A stretch of 64,000 bases of DNA from Lepidodermella squamata. Taxonomy: Eukaryota; Animalia; Gastrotricha. Location of the stretch: the NCBI GenBank assembly GCA_047495785.1, contig JBLDXI010000019.1, positions 2,108,001 to 2,172,000 of the forward strand, written 5' to 3'. Shown piece by piece: positions 38,779 through 52,900 of the stretch. The position numbers were made by a program, and so were the translations under genes. The notes beneath the pieces were generated by a model, which saw nothing but the letters and a program-made list of their open reading frames with translations, made no database searches and had not been told where the DNA came from. Position 1 is the stretch's first letter. Each line of letters begins with the position of its first letter.

Positions 38779-38966
38779 GGGTTAGAAAACTGATCGATTA
38801 TGTTATGCTTGATAATTAAAAATTTACATCAGCATCCTAAATCCTAATATATCATATTGCCTAGCAATGAATTCTTTTAAAATGCGAGAATTTTTTCGGG
38901 GAAAATCCTCGATTCAAAAATATCAAGTATATTGGCAGCCTCAAATAAATTTCAGGGTAGACTATA

Positions 38967-39736
38967 CCGTAACGAGTGGTAACTTTGGACAAAACGTGTT
39001 TTTCGAACATTAAAAATCAGCCTTTGCTCCTAAATTTCAGTAATTTTTACCAAAGGTGGGGACGGTGATTCTTGAATTTACTGCAAATTCTAGAAATTTT
39101 TAGAATTTTACCTGACCTTTGGCTAATTAATATGTGTTCCGGTAACTTTGGACAATTAGAGGGTAGTTTTGGACACTCATTTGCATTTGCAATTTCATTG
39201 CAATTTCATTGTGAATTATCTATTATTCATGGTTATTTATTTAATCTTGGGTCAGATTTCGGAAAAAATTATAAACAGATGGCGCATCATCTGTTTCTCG
39301 GAAGTTCAATAAAAATACGTTTCTGCGCAGCCGCATACTTAACCCGTCCAAAACTGTCCAAAATTACCCCAATTTTCACCTGTTTTTCAGGTAAATGTCC
39401 TGCTAAAACGCGTTGACGGATTGTCATTTTTTCTTCGATTATAGGGAGAGTAAATATAGGAGAATGCTCATGCCAATTTTTATTGAAAACTGTTCGATTT
39501 TTAGAAAGATAGAAGGGGGGTCCCAAAACGGCACCCAAAGTCTAACTGCTTGCAACATTTTCTGAAATCCGATTTCAGCTCCAATCGTCTTGATTTTTAT
39601 TTCAAACGAAAGCTGAGGAGACGGAGAATTTTATGCAAAAACCCCCATGATTTAAACGTTCAAGCCTGAAAAGCTAAACACCTGCAAAGCCGAAAGTGTC
39701 CAAAGTTACCGTGTCCACAATCACCACACGTTACGG
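38967..39736. mobile_element. Tc1/mariner(pogo)-like non-autonomous element
   Basis: TIR CCGTAACGAGTGGTAACTTTGGACA / TGTCCACAATCACCACACGTTACGG, TA flanks, internal GGTAACTTTGGACA repeats. Confidence 0.8.
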
Positions 39737-39960
39737 TAGGTATGGCTGAAAAGCCGCAGAGGGAGAGAAGCCGACGAGCTTCCAATTTAATGAGGAGTTT
39801 CATCGGCAAAATAATGCTTGAAATTCTTAAGAATTGTGCGAATTGATGCGCATATCAGCTTCTCCCCGTGTGGCTCCTTTTGGTCACCCTGTAGAGCAGC
39901 GAAGTCATTGATTATTAGAACGATTAGAAACCATCGTCATCATGATTGGAAACTATAGCT

Positions 39961-40697
39961 CAGTGCTCCGAAAACTGTTTTCACCAGCAGCATTTTTGGC
40001 GGCCAGAAAGCTATGGCATCTGCCGCAGATAAAATCAGACCTTTCTCCGGCCGCACTTACATTGGTAGTGCTGTTTCTTCGGCCGCAAATTTTCTTTTAA
40101 CGTTTAGACAATTTTCTTCTAAAAAATGTTATTCCGCTAGAGATCTATTATCTGTTGTGCTTAGCGGAAGAGGTTAATTAACAGAGGCCTTAATAAACAG
40201 GTTAATTCCACCAGGCCATAAAAACGAGCTTCAAATACTTACTTCAAATACTTCAAAGCCGACTGATTCCATAAAACTTCGAGTCAACAGAACCGGTACT
40301 TCCTACAAATTTTTCCTAAACGGGCCACAGTTGTAACCCGCTGATACGCCACACGCCTCCCGGGGTCTTTTCCTTCAATTCACTTTGGTTCGATGTTCGA
40401 TTCAACTCACTGTTTTGCCTTTCCTATTTCCAACTTGACTAAAGTTGGGGAAAAAATGCTCAAGATTGCCGAATTGGTCCCAGCGAACCAGACGTTGATA
40501 ATATGCGAGCGAAGCTAACGGTATTTCGCAGTTATTGTGGCTGGAAATAATCTAAAATAGGCTGATTTTAGCGTACTGATCGAACGCAACGGGGTAGCCG
40601 GCCGCACCCCAACAATCGCTCGAGGAAAGTTTTCCGCCCGCGATGAACTGCCCCGCCGTCCGCTTGCGGCCGAAAAAACCGAGTTTGCGGAGCACTG
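39961..40697. mobile_element. hAT-type MITE
   Basis: TIR CAGTGCTCCG(A/C)AAACT; 8-bp TSD CTATAGCT (39953-39960 / 40698-40705); subterminal GCGGCCG motifs. Confidence 0.85.
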
Positions 40698-41005
40698 CTA
40701 TAGCTGATTAAAGGCCGAAGGGAACAGGCAATCGCTGTAAAAGCGTGAGCATGCAACTATCCTTCCAGTTGCTTTCAACTCATCTGACCTTCGATAGGAA
40801 ATGATGAAAAAAGACAACTCTCGCTTTAAATTCTCATTCTCGCATCATCGATTCTTTATTATAGCTTTTGCCTGCACTTTCTGCAGTGTTCTCAGTGTTT
40901 ATAATCAAAAGGTAAAAATGGCGAGGTACAGCTTCTTATAGCTAATAGAAAATATTCTAAAAATCTAGCGATAATAAATAAGCATCATTTGAAACCACTT
41001 CAAAT

Positions 41006-44000
41006 CTAAAATTTCGGCTTCAGACATTGGCCGAAGGTAGTTTGAGGATCAGCCACCGTTGCATTGTACCTTTGGCCGTCGATCATCCACAATTTTTCAC
41101 ACAATCTCCGCCACGAGTACGCAAACGTCTTCAAGCCGAATCGGTACCTCATTTGCCACGTAAATCGTTCCGCTAGTTCGGTTTTATTGCCTGGTAACGT
41201 GTGCTTCAGATAGTGAACGAGCTCGGCAATTTTACCCGGCAGAAAGTCGCGAGCGTTGATGAAAGAGCGTTTCGGTATTTCGAGGTTGTCGTAGTCAACA
41301 TTTCCGCCGTAAGCGATAGGAATCACGCCTTGTTCAATGCTGAGTTTAAGGCCGCGGAATAGCTTTTCCGTGACGTAGTCGTCGCATAGCGAGTTTTCGA
41401 ACGATAAATAGTAGCGGTAGTTGCTGAAAAACGGACTGCTGGCGTTCCATTCTGGTGCCGCTGTTTCGCCACACGCGCCGTATGTGTCGATTGTGAGACC
41501 CGCTTCGCGCAATTTTTCGACCAATTTCTCACGAGCGCCATCCGTCCTAATAAAAATTAAAAATAAATTAAATGATGAAAACATCAAATTATCAATAAAA
41601 ATTCCGAAACTAAATAAATCCTTATTCTAAGATGGTTCGCCATCCTTTTCTCAACCGTACTTTTCTCAACAGTGCATTTCGTTCTCAACACGCATTTACT
41701 CAACACGCATTTATCTCAACAGGTGTAATTTATTGCGTAACAAGTGTTCAACTTAATACGACGCGCTTTGAATCAGAGCAACAGCGTCGATAAATTTTAC
41801 GAGACGTAGTATGCGCGCATTGTCTTTCAAGGACTGTAAGTCGAGCGCGAGCTCAGCAAATAACGTAGCTAGCTGATGCTCTTTACTGATCGAGGCATTG
41901 TTTGTTTTCCTGACTTTCTTGCCCAACTGCTGTTGAAGGCACTCGCCACCGACACGCCGGTCTTCACCCTTCAAAAGGCAAATGAAGCGCCAGAATTCGC
42001 AGTCGGTCTTGTTGACTGTTCGGCTGTCAAGGGCGTGGTGGAAGCTCTCCGCGATGTTATTCGTTCGACGGTCTTCGTCGTAGACGTTCCATTCGTTCTC
42101 CGGGTACAGAGTGAGCCACGTGTGGCGAAAATAACCCGCGAAATCAAGGTTTTTCAGCCTAGGAGGCATGGCGTTGATCAAATGTAGAACGACCGGTTTA
42201 ACGTCCTCGAGAGGGACGAAGGCGACGTACATGAAGCGCCGAATGAATCGACGAACTATGTTCGGACCCAGCAGTTGACCCGCCTCATCGCGAGGAGCCG
42301 GGGCTTCGTAAACAGTTTTGAGGCCATTCCTGTCTACCCACCGACGCATGCTATCAGAGAAATGGAAGAAGCAGCCCTTAATGACAAGTTTGCCATTTCT
42401 AGTCACCAGTTTTCTCAGCACGGGCAAAAGGCCGCTCTCGAAGTCGGTGGTGACCTCCTTCCAAGCGTACTCGGGATTAACGCGCTCGATGTGCTCAAGA
42501 ACAACGCCGAGAATTCGCTCGTAACTGTCACTGGTCCTATCAGTCGAGAGAACGAAGATAGCAGGTTGGCCAACACCTTTCTCCTCGTGATGGATCGTCC
42601 ACAACTGATCGAACAAGGGCGGAACTATCTCGAAGGTTCCATCAACATAAATGCGCGTCGATTTACTCAATCGAAGCAGCGCGGCGTCGGTCGCTAGAAT
42701 CATGAATCCGTGACCGGGTTCGTCGATTTCGTAATGAAGCAGCATGGTACCGTCGGTTTTTGTCAGCAGAAATCGTTCACAAATCTCGGCCTCGGCAGCC
42801 AGGATGTAAAGCAGCTCGTCGGTTGAATCTGGCGAGTCAGGAAAAATTTCACGCCTACGTTTGATCTTGTTGATGTTTGTAGTTGCCTGAACTTTGGTCG
42901 GCATTAGGGCCCGCACCTCATCATCGTCAACGTTATTGTGAACATCGATAAAATGATTTCCTGTCGAGACTAGAGGTTGAGTGATAGCTCTGTGGCGATA
43001 TGTCGCCATATTCACCTCTTTTTCGCACATTGCATGGCTGGCGAGGCATTTCGGTTTGTGCACCGGTGTGACAAAATCGGCGGGTAAATCAAAGGGTTGA
43101 ATGGCCGGGTGTTTTGCCAGTTGCTCCAAATTCTTGGTGTCTTTGACGGGAAATTCTGGCACGAGATTTCGGGGAAGTTGAGCCGTACACCTTATACTAG
43201 TACTATAAAAATAATTAAAAAAAAATTTTAATTTATTATTTTTTAAAAATTTATTATTTTTTTTTAATTTTAATTTAATTAAAAAAAATAAAAAATTAAC
43301 TTACTATGAATTTTGGCAGCGATGATAAACGCGGCTGTCGCTACGCCTATCGTCGTAGTAGATGTGACCCCCAACTGTTGTCGCATAATTTCCTTTGGCC
43401 GTGACAAAGCGCTTGCCATTTTTAGGTCCAGACGTGTCCAACAATTCGTCTAATCGCGCCGTTTTAGCCGCTTCAGTTTCACCTTCATTTTCGGCGATTT
43501 CTTCACTATTTTCCTTATTCAAACTGTCACCTTCGAGTTTTCGCTTGAGATTGCGATTTTCTGTTCTAATGGCCTCCAGCTCACGCCGCAATAACTCCTC
43601 TGTCGTTGGAATTCTTATTGGCGACGTGAATTCTTCGCGTTGAACCTCATCAAAGACGCGATTGACAATTGCCGGCGATAGCTGTTGAACATTGAACAAT
43701 ACCGGTACCGGCGTCTTGGCCCTATAACAACTTTTTGCAAAGCGCTGATGAGCCGCGAGTGCTTTTTCATTTTTATATGCCTTGTGGCACACAGTACAAT
43801 AATGCGGCATTTCAAGAGTTTAATAAGCGGCAACAAAATGGAGTAAGTGTTATTATATTGATACTTGGCTAAGTGAGTTGTTAACGTCTCAGGAAGTGTG
43901 GAATACGGCAGTGGGTATCACCTGTTAATCCGATTACAAACACTCGTGATAACCACGACGCGCGCGCCCTCTCGTACACATTCGCCCTCTCGTACACGCG

Positions 44001-45865
44001 CGCGTAGTTGAGATGAACACCTGTTGTGTAAACAATACGTTGAGAAAAATGCACGTTGAGAAAAGTACGGTTGAGAAAAGGCGGCACTACCTCTAAGATG
44101 TCCTACTCCTATTTTAGCCTAAAAGTCTAGGCTTTAGACTGGGAATGAAACCTTAAATTAAACATCAAGCTCTAACGACTTTAATACAGCGTGTCCCATA
44201 AGTAACGCAAACAAAGGAAATACAAACAAAGAGCTCAAACCCCTAAACTGAAAACCGTATCTACAGGGACCGGCAGAAGTTATTCTACAGACGCATTACT
44301 TATTATCGTTATAGTCATCATTATTTCTTCAACTTCTTCAACCCCATATGCGGAATTTCGGCACGAAAATGAAGAAGTTGAAGATATTGACGGTCACATG
44401 ACTCCTAATGATGACTATAACGATAATGATAATGCGCCTGTAGAATAACTTCTGCCGGTCTCTGTAAAATCTCAAAAAGCGCAAAATGTCATGAGAATTG
44501 TAATCAGGAATGCCACTTTTTGATGGCATTAAAAAATCAAAGAAATTGGGCACAACCGGTAAATTACCGAAAATTCCCGAACCGGTTACCATCAGGGTTT
44601 TCCGGGTTTTCTTCGGTAAAATCGCCGATAAAGGATTGAAGATTCTCCCGGTAGGTTTATTTCCAAAATATCAGTTTCAAACAAGAAGTCGCAAAATGGA
44701 AAAAGGTTGCGCAAATTATGGGACACGAGCAATTATATAGGTCAATCAGATCAAGCAACCAATTTAGCTAAAAGTGAGATTTATCACTACAGTGGATCTC
44801 GTTATACCTATTTTATCTATGAAATTTACATTTTTACAATTTTTCCTGGGCCAAAATGCAAGCCTTGGCCTTAAATGATAGCAAATATAGGATAACAAAT
44901 ATAGGATAACATGAATCATCTAAATATCAGACCACAAAAGCTGAATTCTATCGATATTTAGGAAAATCGAATGCTAGCTCATGAAACGCCTGAATTTCGA
45001 ATAGCTATATTGGAGCTTGGAGCTCATTAAATTTTCTATAATTGAATTCCTAAAATAGTATGACCCAAATAAAATGAGCTATTTCGCAAAAAAAATTGAA
45101 AAAATTGAAATTAAATGAATTTTACTTGCAATGGCTGACAATCCATAGCGCGTCCTTTTTACGAGCCGCAAAATTGTCGATAAATTTTGATATCTTCCTC
45201 CTAGCTAATTCTACGTCCCGCGCCAGTTCAGGAACCAGGCGGCCATACGCAAATCTAACATCGGCCAGTGACGAATAGGACGCCGTCCAATTGAAAGCAA
45301 CAGCCCTTTTAACACTTTTCCACATTGACTGCGTAAACATCATCGGCGGTGATTCCATTGAGAAAAATACATAAATCTGCGCCGGGTTTCGCGACGACGG
45401 CAAATCGTCCGCCTCGAAATCACGCGCGTGAAAAATTAACGCGTCCGATTTTGTCGCCCGACTTCTATCAACAACCAGGCGACACTGCCTTTTATCGCCA
45501 TTTTGATAATCGTCATCTAGCGATAAAATGTGCCGAGATTCATTGGCGATGCGTGGGAAAATTTCGTTCCACAACGGGTCGCCGAACCAGGGTGTCCACA
45601 ACAGAATTTCCTTAACGGCTGGAACTGTTATAGGATTTTTCACGGTAGCTAATTCGATGGATGATTTTCTACTCGTATGATTACTATCAGCGTCACGCTT
45701 CACTACATCGTTAACAGCGTCATCAGCCGCTGCGGAATTTTGACAATTTCGAAATATGAAAATCGTGGAAAATAGTAAAATTGATGCGAAAAAGGCGGCT
45801 TGAACACTCGTCGGCCGGTGCTGAGATCGGATAATTGTCGGTAAAATTCGACGAAATTCACCCAT
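41006..45865 (-). CDS. GT10 alpha-1,3/4-fucosyltransferase paralogue 5
   Basis: Exon 1 45865-45126 (TM, LLWTPWFG, SMESPP, WIVSHC); exon 2 41546-41006 (YRYYLSFENSLCDDYVTEK); the 3.6-kb intron is filled with transposons. Confidence 0.9.
41634..44091. mobile_element. Autonomous Phantom-like Mutator element inside the intron of FucT paralogue 5
   Basis: GGT...ACC ends, imperfect TIRs with repeated TTCTCAAC motif (CCTTTTCTCAACCGTACTTTTCTCAAC), TSD TCTAAGAT (41626-41633 / 44092-44099). Confidence 0.9.
41753..43810 (-). CDS. MULE transposase with N-terminal C2H2 finger and FLYWCH-like motif
   Basis: Exons 43810-43305 and 43202-41753 in frame; CTVCHK..LAAHQRF; YHRCQNSYTSIRCTA; VDGTF, TDFE, GCFFH, RTNNIAESFH. 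Confidence 0.9.
44187..44729. mobile_element. MITE family with CAGCGTGTCCCAT ends, containing a nested palindromic TA-element at 44264-44464
   Basis: Ends CAGCGTGTCCCATAA / TTATGGGACACG; nested TIR CAGGGACCGGCAGAAGTTATTCTACAG with TA flanks; related core at 53117-53593, ~55250-55508 and ~35780-35990. Confidence 0.7.
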
Positions 45866-47295
45866 ACGATAATAACGTCACATTATAACAGATGTTTTCT
45901 AAGAAACATTCCGAAAAATTCTAAAAATAAAATTATTAAATCTCAATAATAATTATTCAATTGCAAAAGTTCAAAACCTGACAAACAAGGGAAGAGCGGT
46001 ATAATTGAATGAATTAAGAGGGTATTAGCCGGTCTGGTGATTACATTCAAAAATTATTTTAATGATAAATCCCAGCCAAGTCGGTTTTGCAGACGCGAGA
46101 CACCGCCAACGCGCTTTATATTACTAGGCCACGCATGGGACCTAGTTTTGTCTTACATCATGGCAAAATATTATTAAGGTAGAGAGTATTTATATTTTTG
46201 CGCGACATGTGCGTGTGTTGTAAATAGATAATAACAATAATAATGATGACGTAGTAGAGAAAAATGGCGGCGTCAAAGCGCTAGCCAAGCGATGAATACT
46301 CATAATAAATACTTGAAACAACTGATGTCTCCACGACTGCTGCGTGATAAAAGGTGATGGTGACAAAACTGAGTTGAAAAACAATTTTTTTCACGAAATC
46401 TGGCACCTTGCCTAGAAGAATCAGAAAATCAAGACGAGTCGATTGGTATATACCTTAAAATAACAATTTTGAGAAACTGAAATCTTCACATTTCACTGGC
46501 GTGGAGATTTCTATCCGAGCGCGCAATTCTCGGGCCTGCTACAATATAGTAATTTGTTGCCCAGGTTGTCCTCGGGCGGTTATATTGCACTGAATGAGAG
46601 AAGCGCGTCTAATTGAAAGAAACATTGTATTAATTACACAACCGGCGGCCATCGTGTAATCAGGATTTTGAATACCTGGCACACGACGCATGATAATAAA
46701 TAAACACAGACACACACACGCAGTATGAATGACCCGACAGGTGTCGGAATATTATTTTAATAAGATACACAAGTAATAAACAAATAAACAAATAGTAAAA
46801 GTTTTACGTTTTAAGATGTTGATTGTAAATAAAACGGCAACTTGAATCGGCCATAAAAGGCAAGTATGTAATAGAGATGAATGGCGAAAATAAACAAGCA
46901 AATTAGCGCGAAAAGGTGCAGGTTAAAACGCACCTTTGTCGTTAAGGGAAAATACCTTGTTATGCAATATTTTTCTGAATCTGCGAGGTTTAAGTGTAAG
47001 AAGAAAACTTCTTCGCATGTAAAGCTTGAGCTACTTAATTTGAGAATAAAATCAAACTTTTAATTTAATGGATGAATTTTTTATTTTCGGATAAAACTGG
47101 GTAACGAGAAAATTTCTTATCCGCAAATTATCAAATAAATTAACAACTCAATCACACGCGGTTTTTACCTGTAGATTTAGAAAAATGTCCCCCGTGGTAA
47201 AAATCTAGCATAAAGACATCTTTTGTTTTCGCGAAAGCGTCGTCTGAAATCTTTAAAATGCGTAATTGTTAACAAGTTCCCGCGGTAATTAGCGG

Positions 47296-48328
47296 GGTGT
47301 ATATTATTTCGTCAGCTATTTCCATGTTTTGTCAGCTAATTCCAGTTTTCGTCAGAAATACCATTTTCTGTCAGAAATGACACTTTTTTACAGCTAATTT
47401 AATATTTAATTTATATTTATATTTAGAAGTGCTCAGTAACTCTATTTCCCGCCCAGTTTCACGAAAAATAACGTAGGAAAATGTTGAAACCTTTTTCCAA
47501 AATTATTGGCTCCGGATTTTGATCGCACGACGTCTTAGTAGCACATGTTGACCTTACGCGTTTACAGGTAGAAAATAGGATTGCTACCATAGTTTTTCCG
47601 GGCACTACGGTAAAACTACTATAACCAGTACGTTAAAGAAATCAACCAAATTATGTATGGGACACCTTGATGTTTGCAACTGAAGACGTGACTATGTCTC
47701 GCCTGGAATTAACTTCGAACTTCGAAAAATGCACTGAAAGGGTATAGCGTTAGCGGCGCGCCAAAACAACCACTTTACTATTTATAGATTTTATATGGAT
47801 AGTACGATCGAGAGTAGAAAAAAATCAGTGCTCAAATGGCCTATCGTACTTTATCATTACGTTCGGCGACTTCAAGTACGATCGAATGAATCATCTAAGT
47901 GGTTGTTTTGGCGCGCCGCTAACGATAGACAGTTTACGGTAAAATCTCGCGAATAAGTCTGGCAACGCTGTTTTTGCGTTTTTGACGCGTCAGAACCGCA
48001 TAAACTTGGCTGCCGAGCCCTGAAATCTGTCGGGATTATTGAACTGGAGGCGCACCTTTGCGAACAAAAGGTCGAAATGGGTTCCGCTCAGGTTTAGCTA
48101 GGAATTTATGATCGAAAAGATAGCACCAGCAATATTTAAAAAATTTCCGCGCTATTTACGTGAAAATTGGGAACACTATGTAGTTTTAATTGTAATAGTA
48201 ATTAAATCAGTACTTGAATATGAAATTAGCTGTAAAAAAGTGTCATTTCTGACAGAAAATGGTATTTCTGACGAAAACTGGAATTAGCTGACAAAACATG
48301 GAATTAGCTGACGAAAAAACATTAACTC
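47296..48328. mobile_element. Mutator-like MITE with ~100-bp TIRs
   Basis: GTCAG-repeat TIRs (47310-47400 / 48222-48316); 9-bp TSD AATTAGCGG (47287-47295 / 48329-48337). Confidence 0.85.
47748..47924. mobile_element. 177-bp nested MITE with 28-bp TIR and apparent 4-bp TSD
   Basis: CGTTAGCGGCGCGCCAAAACAACCACTT and its reverse complement, both flanked by ATAG. Confidence 0.75.
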
Positions 48329-49911
48329 AATTAGCGGTATTATCAATAAAAAATAAAAAATAACTAATTTTTTTGTAATATTTAAGGTTGTGATTGATGC
48401 GCGAGATATTGAAACGCTTTTGGGCACGCGAATGGCATTACTCTATTTGTTAGCATTTATTCAGATGAAGCATCGTGTCGAGCATCAAACTTAACCACCA
48501 CCGATGAATGATAATCTGACCGGCCAGAGGTCACCTAGCATGCTAACAAGGCGTTTTCACGTTAAATAGCCATTTGTGATATAGCATACATGTGCGAAAG
48601 TTCGGCAGATTTTCATCATCATCGCAGCAGAGGCTGTCTGGACAAAAAACCGGGATGAAAATGAAAAAGTATATACGAAACTTCAAGATGGTAGCTAAAA
48701 ACGTGTTTTTTGCTGCGAAAGTGAAAAAAATATTCGTAATAGAAATAAAATAATTGAAACAATGGCCGCTTCGTGCTCATAATGCACTTCACCAAAATTA
48801 ACCTTTGTTTCGCAGGTAACTGCTGCTGTTTTTTTCATCCTGGTAACACTCGTGAATTTTTTGGGTATTATTGCAGGGAAATGATCTCCTCTAATCCTTT
48901 TGATACGTCTGATCAATTTTTTTGGGTATTATTATTATTAAAATTGCATGATTCCTAAACAGTGGTGACCGGTGACCTGCTAAATTGATATGAATGCCGC
49001 TATTTTATGAAAATATCGGAAGGTCACAAAGCATCTTTGGCGCTTTGGGCATTTATTGAAAGTTAATAGCTTTGCTTCGCCAAACGAAAATGATAAAATT
49101 TCTTAAAATTATCCGTCTCATTAGATTTCAAATGGCCTTAGACCCAAGGTGATGAATATTGAAGTAATATTTGATTTTTAAGATATATTTCAAACATCGA
49201 AATCTGATGTCGATTTTGGACCCGCTCGCATCTCCTGCAAAGGATCCATTTGGCACGTTTTCATCGCAGCAGAGCAGAGCATCGCAGCAGAAAGTTTTGA
49301 TTGGGAATTCCCATTCCTTATAATCGAGAGAATAATGAAAATCCGATGATTAGTTTCAAGTTTACACAAAGATCAGATTGATGTTGGAGAAGAGCGTCCA
49401 AAACCACCTGCTCACTATTCAAAATTTAAATGTATGCAAAATGTTTAAATCGCCAAAATTCATTTTAAATTCGAGAAATTGCCAAACCTTGCAAATAAAT
49501 CAACTTAAACACCTTCCTCTGGTCTGAAATAATTTCTGAATTATGGCTGGCTTTTAATCCTCGAAAATCATGTGTGTTGTCCAATATTACCGCGAGTATT
49601 TATTTGGTAATTTATTTGGTGTTTTTGGGAATCATGGCGATCCCGAAAATTGAGTCCGAAATCGGTAATACTTCGGTTCCCTCAAAATTAAGACTCGGTA
49701 TTAAGGTGGTTTTATTCACGCGGTGCATTTTTCACGTATATTCAAGTGGTATCATATAAAAACCGATAAGGCGTAACAAAAATCAATTAATACGCACTTG
49801 ACACGTCACGCCAAGGTGTCTAAACCGAGTCCACTCAATATTTTTCCAGAAAAAAATGCGACAACGATTGCCACACTGAAACCACCTCCTTAAAACTACC
49901 AAATATACACA

Positions 49912-52900
49912 ATGTCTTTAAAGCGATGTATTTACAAAATTTTACGATTTATCATCGCGAATTGGATGATTTTCGCTTTCATCGCTTTCGCCGTCTCAGT
50001 GGTGTCAATTCGTTTCCTGTTGTATGTACCCCAAAAAACGACCATCTACCACAGCAGCGTTGAAGACTATCAAGACTCGCCGAGGCATCACGTGCCGCAT
50101 GAGGCTAAACCTGGTAATATTTACGCTGATGACAGCGACGCTGGCCAGCCGATAATTGTCTCATCGAGCACAACCTGGGCACCACCCAAGGCCTCGGTTC
50201 GAAAATCGTTCGTATCATCGGGGAAAATTTACCAAAATACAACTACCGAGTTGTTTTTAATCGACGGCATGGACTGGCGAATCGCGGCCTGGGAGTATTT
50301 TATTCATTTTCAGGGGAAAAATAACTCGAGGCTTATTCTAATGTGGACACCGTGGTATGACGATGATACGTGGAAAATTCACATGCGGCGAAATGACGGG
50401 CCAGTTATCCGGCTTGGCAAGCTGGATGAAGCCGGCAAATACGACGATTCTCGAACTTGCTACATCGGTCTTGATAGATCCAAGGTCGAGGAGGCGACTG
50501 CGGTCATTTTTCACGGCTCTGGTATTGACATTGACCTGAGTTTCTTACCCGAATCGCGGCTGCGGAGTCAATATTGGGTTTATTACGACATTGACCCGCC
50601 GTCTATGAATCGGTTGACGAAAGTTGCGAATTGGAACCACCGGGCGAGTGCGATCGGTTTCAACTGGACTTGGTCCTATTCGCATTTAGCCGATGCTAAG
50701 CATCAGTATGGGTACTTCCATAAGCGAGTTGCGAGTAAGGCTGAAGAGGAAGAACAGCTCAGGCTGATTCGTAAAAATTTGGAAAATTTTTCAAAGCGGG
50801 AATTCGATGGCGTCGTTACGGCTGGAAGATGCATGTAAGGATGACAATTTTTCACTTTATTCCGATCTCAGTTTCGTAAGCAGAAATTTGTCCTAAATCA
50901 GGACAGAATTTCAATTCTTTGAATTAAAGTCCAGAATATGTTTGAGAAAATCATTTCTAATTCCCTATTGACACGCGCTATTTCGATAGAGAAAACATTG
51001 GGGAGTAAGACATCATCCAAAATCCCATATTTTTATACCGTATTTCTCGAAAATATACGACACACCTGTATATATCCCCGCTCCCTAATACAACCCGACG
51101 AAAAAATCGTTTGTTCATATTTAACCCAGGCCTCGAAATTGTACCACAGCTATTTTAATTTGGGCGAAGCATGCGTTGGAACAAAAGAAAAGCCTTATTA
51201 ATGACGCATTATCGTAATCAGTGATTAGCTATCGCGTAAGCAGCTTCGCAACGTCTGATCTTGGCACCATTCATAAGCCAGCAGAAAATGCCCATTCAGC
51301 ATTCACTAGCTGAGACACAGAGTTTTATTTTAACATTTTCATATCCTTCTTAATCGTTTTAACCTTCTGGAATCGATGATGGCTGGCTCTCCTGATCGTA
51401 TTCAAGATTCCGTCTAGGTGTCCGAAGAAGACAAGCGAAAGCGGCACCGCAAGTATTCCCTCGCATTTTCACTGAATCGACAAATAAAACAATCTAAAAA
51501 CGTCGTCTTAATACGAATTGCTCGCGGCTTTTTGTGATGATTCGCAATTAAACAGCACACCCGTATATATCCCCACTCCCTAATACAACCCGAATCAAAA
51601 ATCATTTGTTCATAAATATAGCCCGCGGTAAATTTTCGAGAAATACGGTAACTTACGGTTACGGAGAAATTCCAGTGTCAAATAGGTCACGTGACCTTAC
51701 TACTTTATCTCATACCTGAGCGGTTATCTCGAGAACGGTGATAGCTATGAAGCCGCTCTCAAAGAAAAAGATCATCAGCTAGGTGAGTTCTACCTAGAAA
51801 TGCCTTCCGTTTGTGGTCACAGGTGATATTTCGTGCAAAATCCATTTAGATGGCACTATAGTTCACTTAGGTCCCATAAACAGGTCCTCGGTTATCCCCA
51901 AGCCGACTCTTATCCGATTTTTCCGGTTTTTTCACCGATTTTATACGATTTATCAGGAGATAATTCTTTTAGACACCCTGTGATTGTAATCACCCTACAG
52001 GATATATTTTTAAATATCGAAAAAGCTGCCATTGGGCTTTAAAAAGTGAGTGGTTGAACCTTCTTATGACTTGGCCTCATCTATTGAGATATCAGAATCA
52101 ATCATAAAATTCCGCGTTAATTACAAGTATTAGGGTGGGCATCTTTGGTTAGTTTTGAAAAAATGGTAAAAATTTTATTTATTAATGTTCATATTTTAAT
52201 GACATATTTTTTAATTTTTTTTGCCAGAACTCAAAGCTCGCGGGAGGTTTTGATTGCTCGATTGAAAGAATACGGCTTGAAGTTGGAATTTCTCGGCCGC
52301 TGCAACAACCATTTTACACCCGAGTTCCTACTCGAAACCCTTGGCGATAAAGAAATGTACTCCAGATACCGGTTCTTCTTCGCCTTTGAAAACACCCGTT
52401 GCGACGATTACATAACTGAGAGGGTAAAACTGAAATTTAAAATTTTTTGAAATTTTTACAATAATTTTTAAATCAGGTTTATCAGGCTTTCAATGTATCG
52501 AAACATCATAGCGTTATTCCAGTTCTTTACGGTAGCAGCTGTGAATCATACGCGCGTTTTCTGCCGAAAGATTCCTATATCTGTGCCGAAGATTTCCCAT
52601 CAGCCCGGCAACTAGCCAAGCATTTGAAGCTAATTTCAACTAGTCCAATATCAAAACTCGAGCGTTATTTCACGTGGCAAAAAGACTACGACTTATACAT
52701 GCGTTTCATGCGAGCTTCTCTGCACAAATTATGCGAAAAAATTTGGGAGGTGACTGCTGATCAAGTCGAAGAAGAGGAATTAGATGAACTGGACGAGGCA
52801 ACGGTTAAACCAACGAAGCCTTCAGCGATTGTTCACGATATTGCTGCGACGTATGGCAAATGTTACGAGCCGCCCCGAAAATGGTTGGGAATCGAGGCCG

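Noticed and set aside
41876-42697. + strand ORFs of 103-140 aa
   Set aside because: Antisense shadows of the MULE transposase; no independent motifs.
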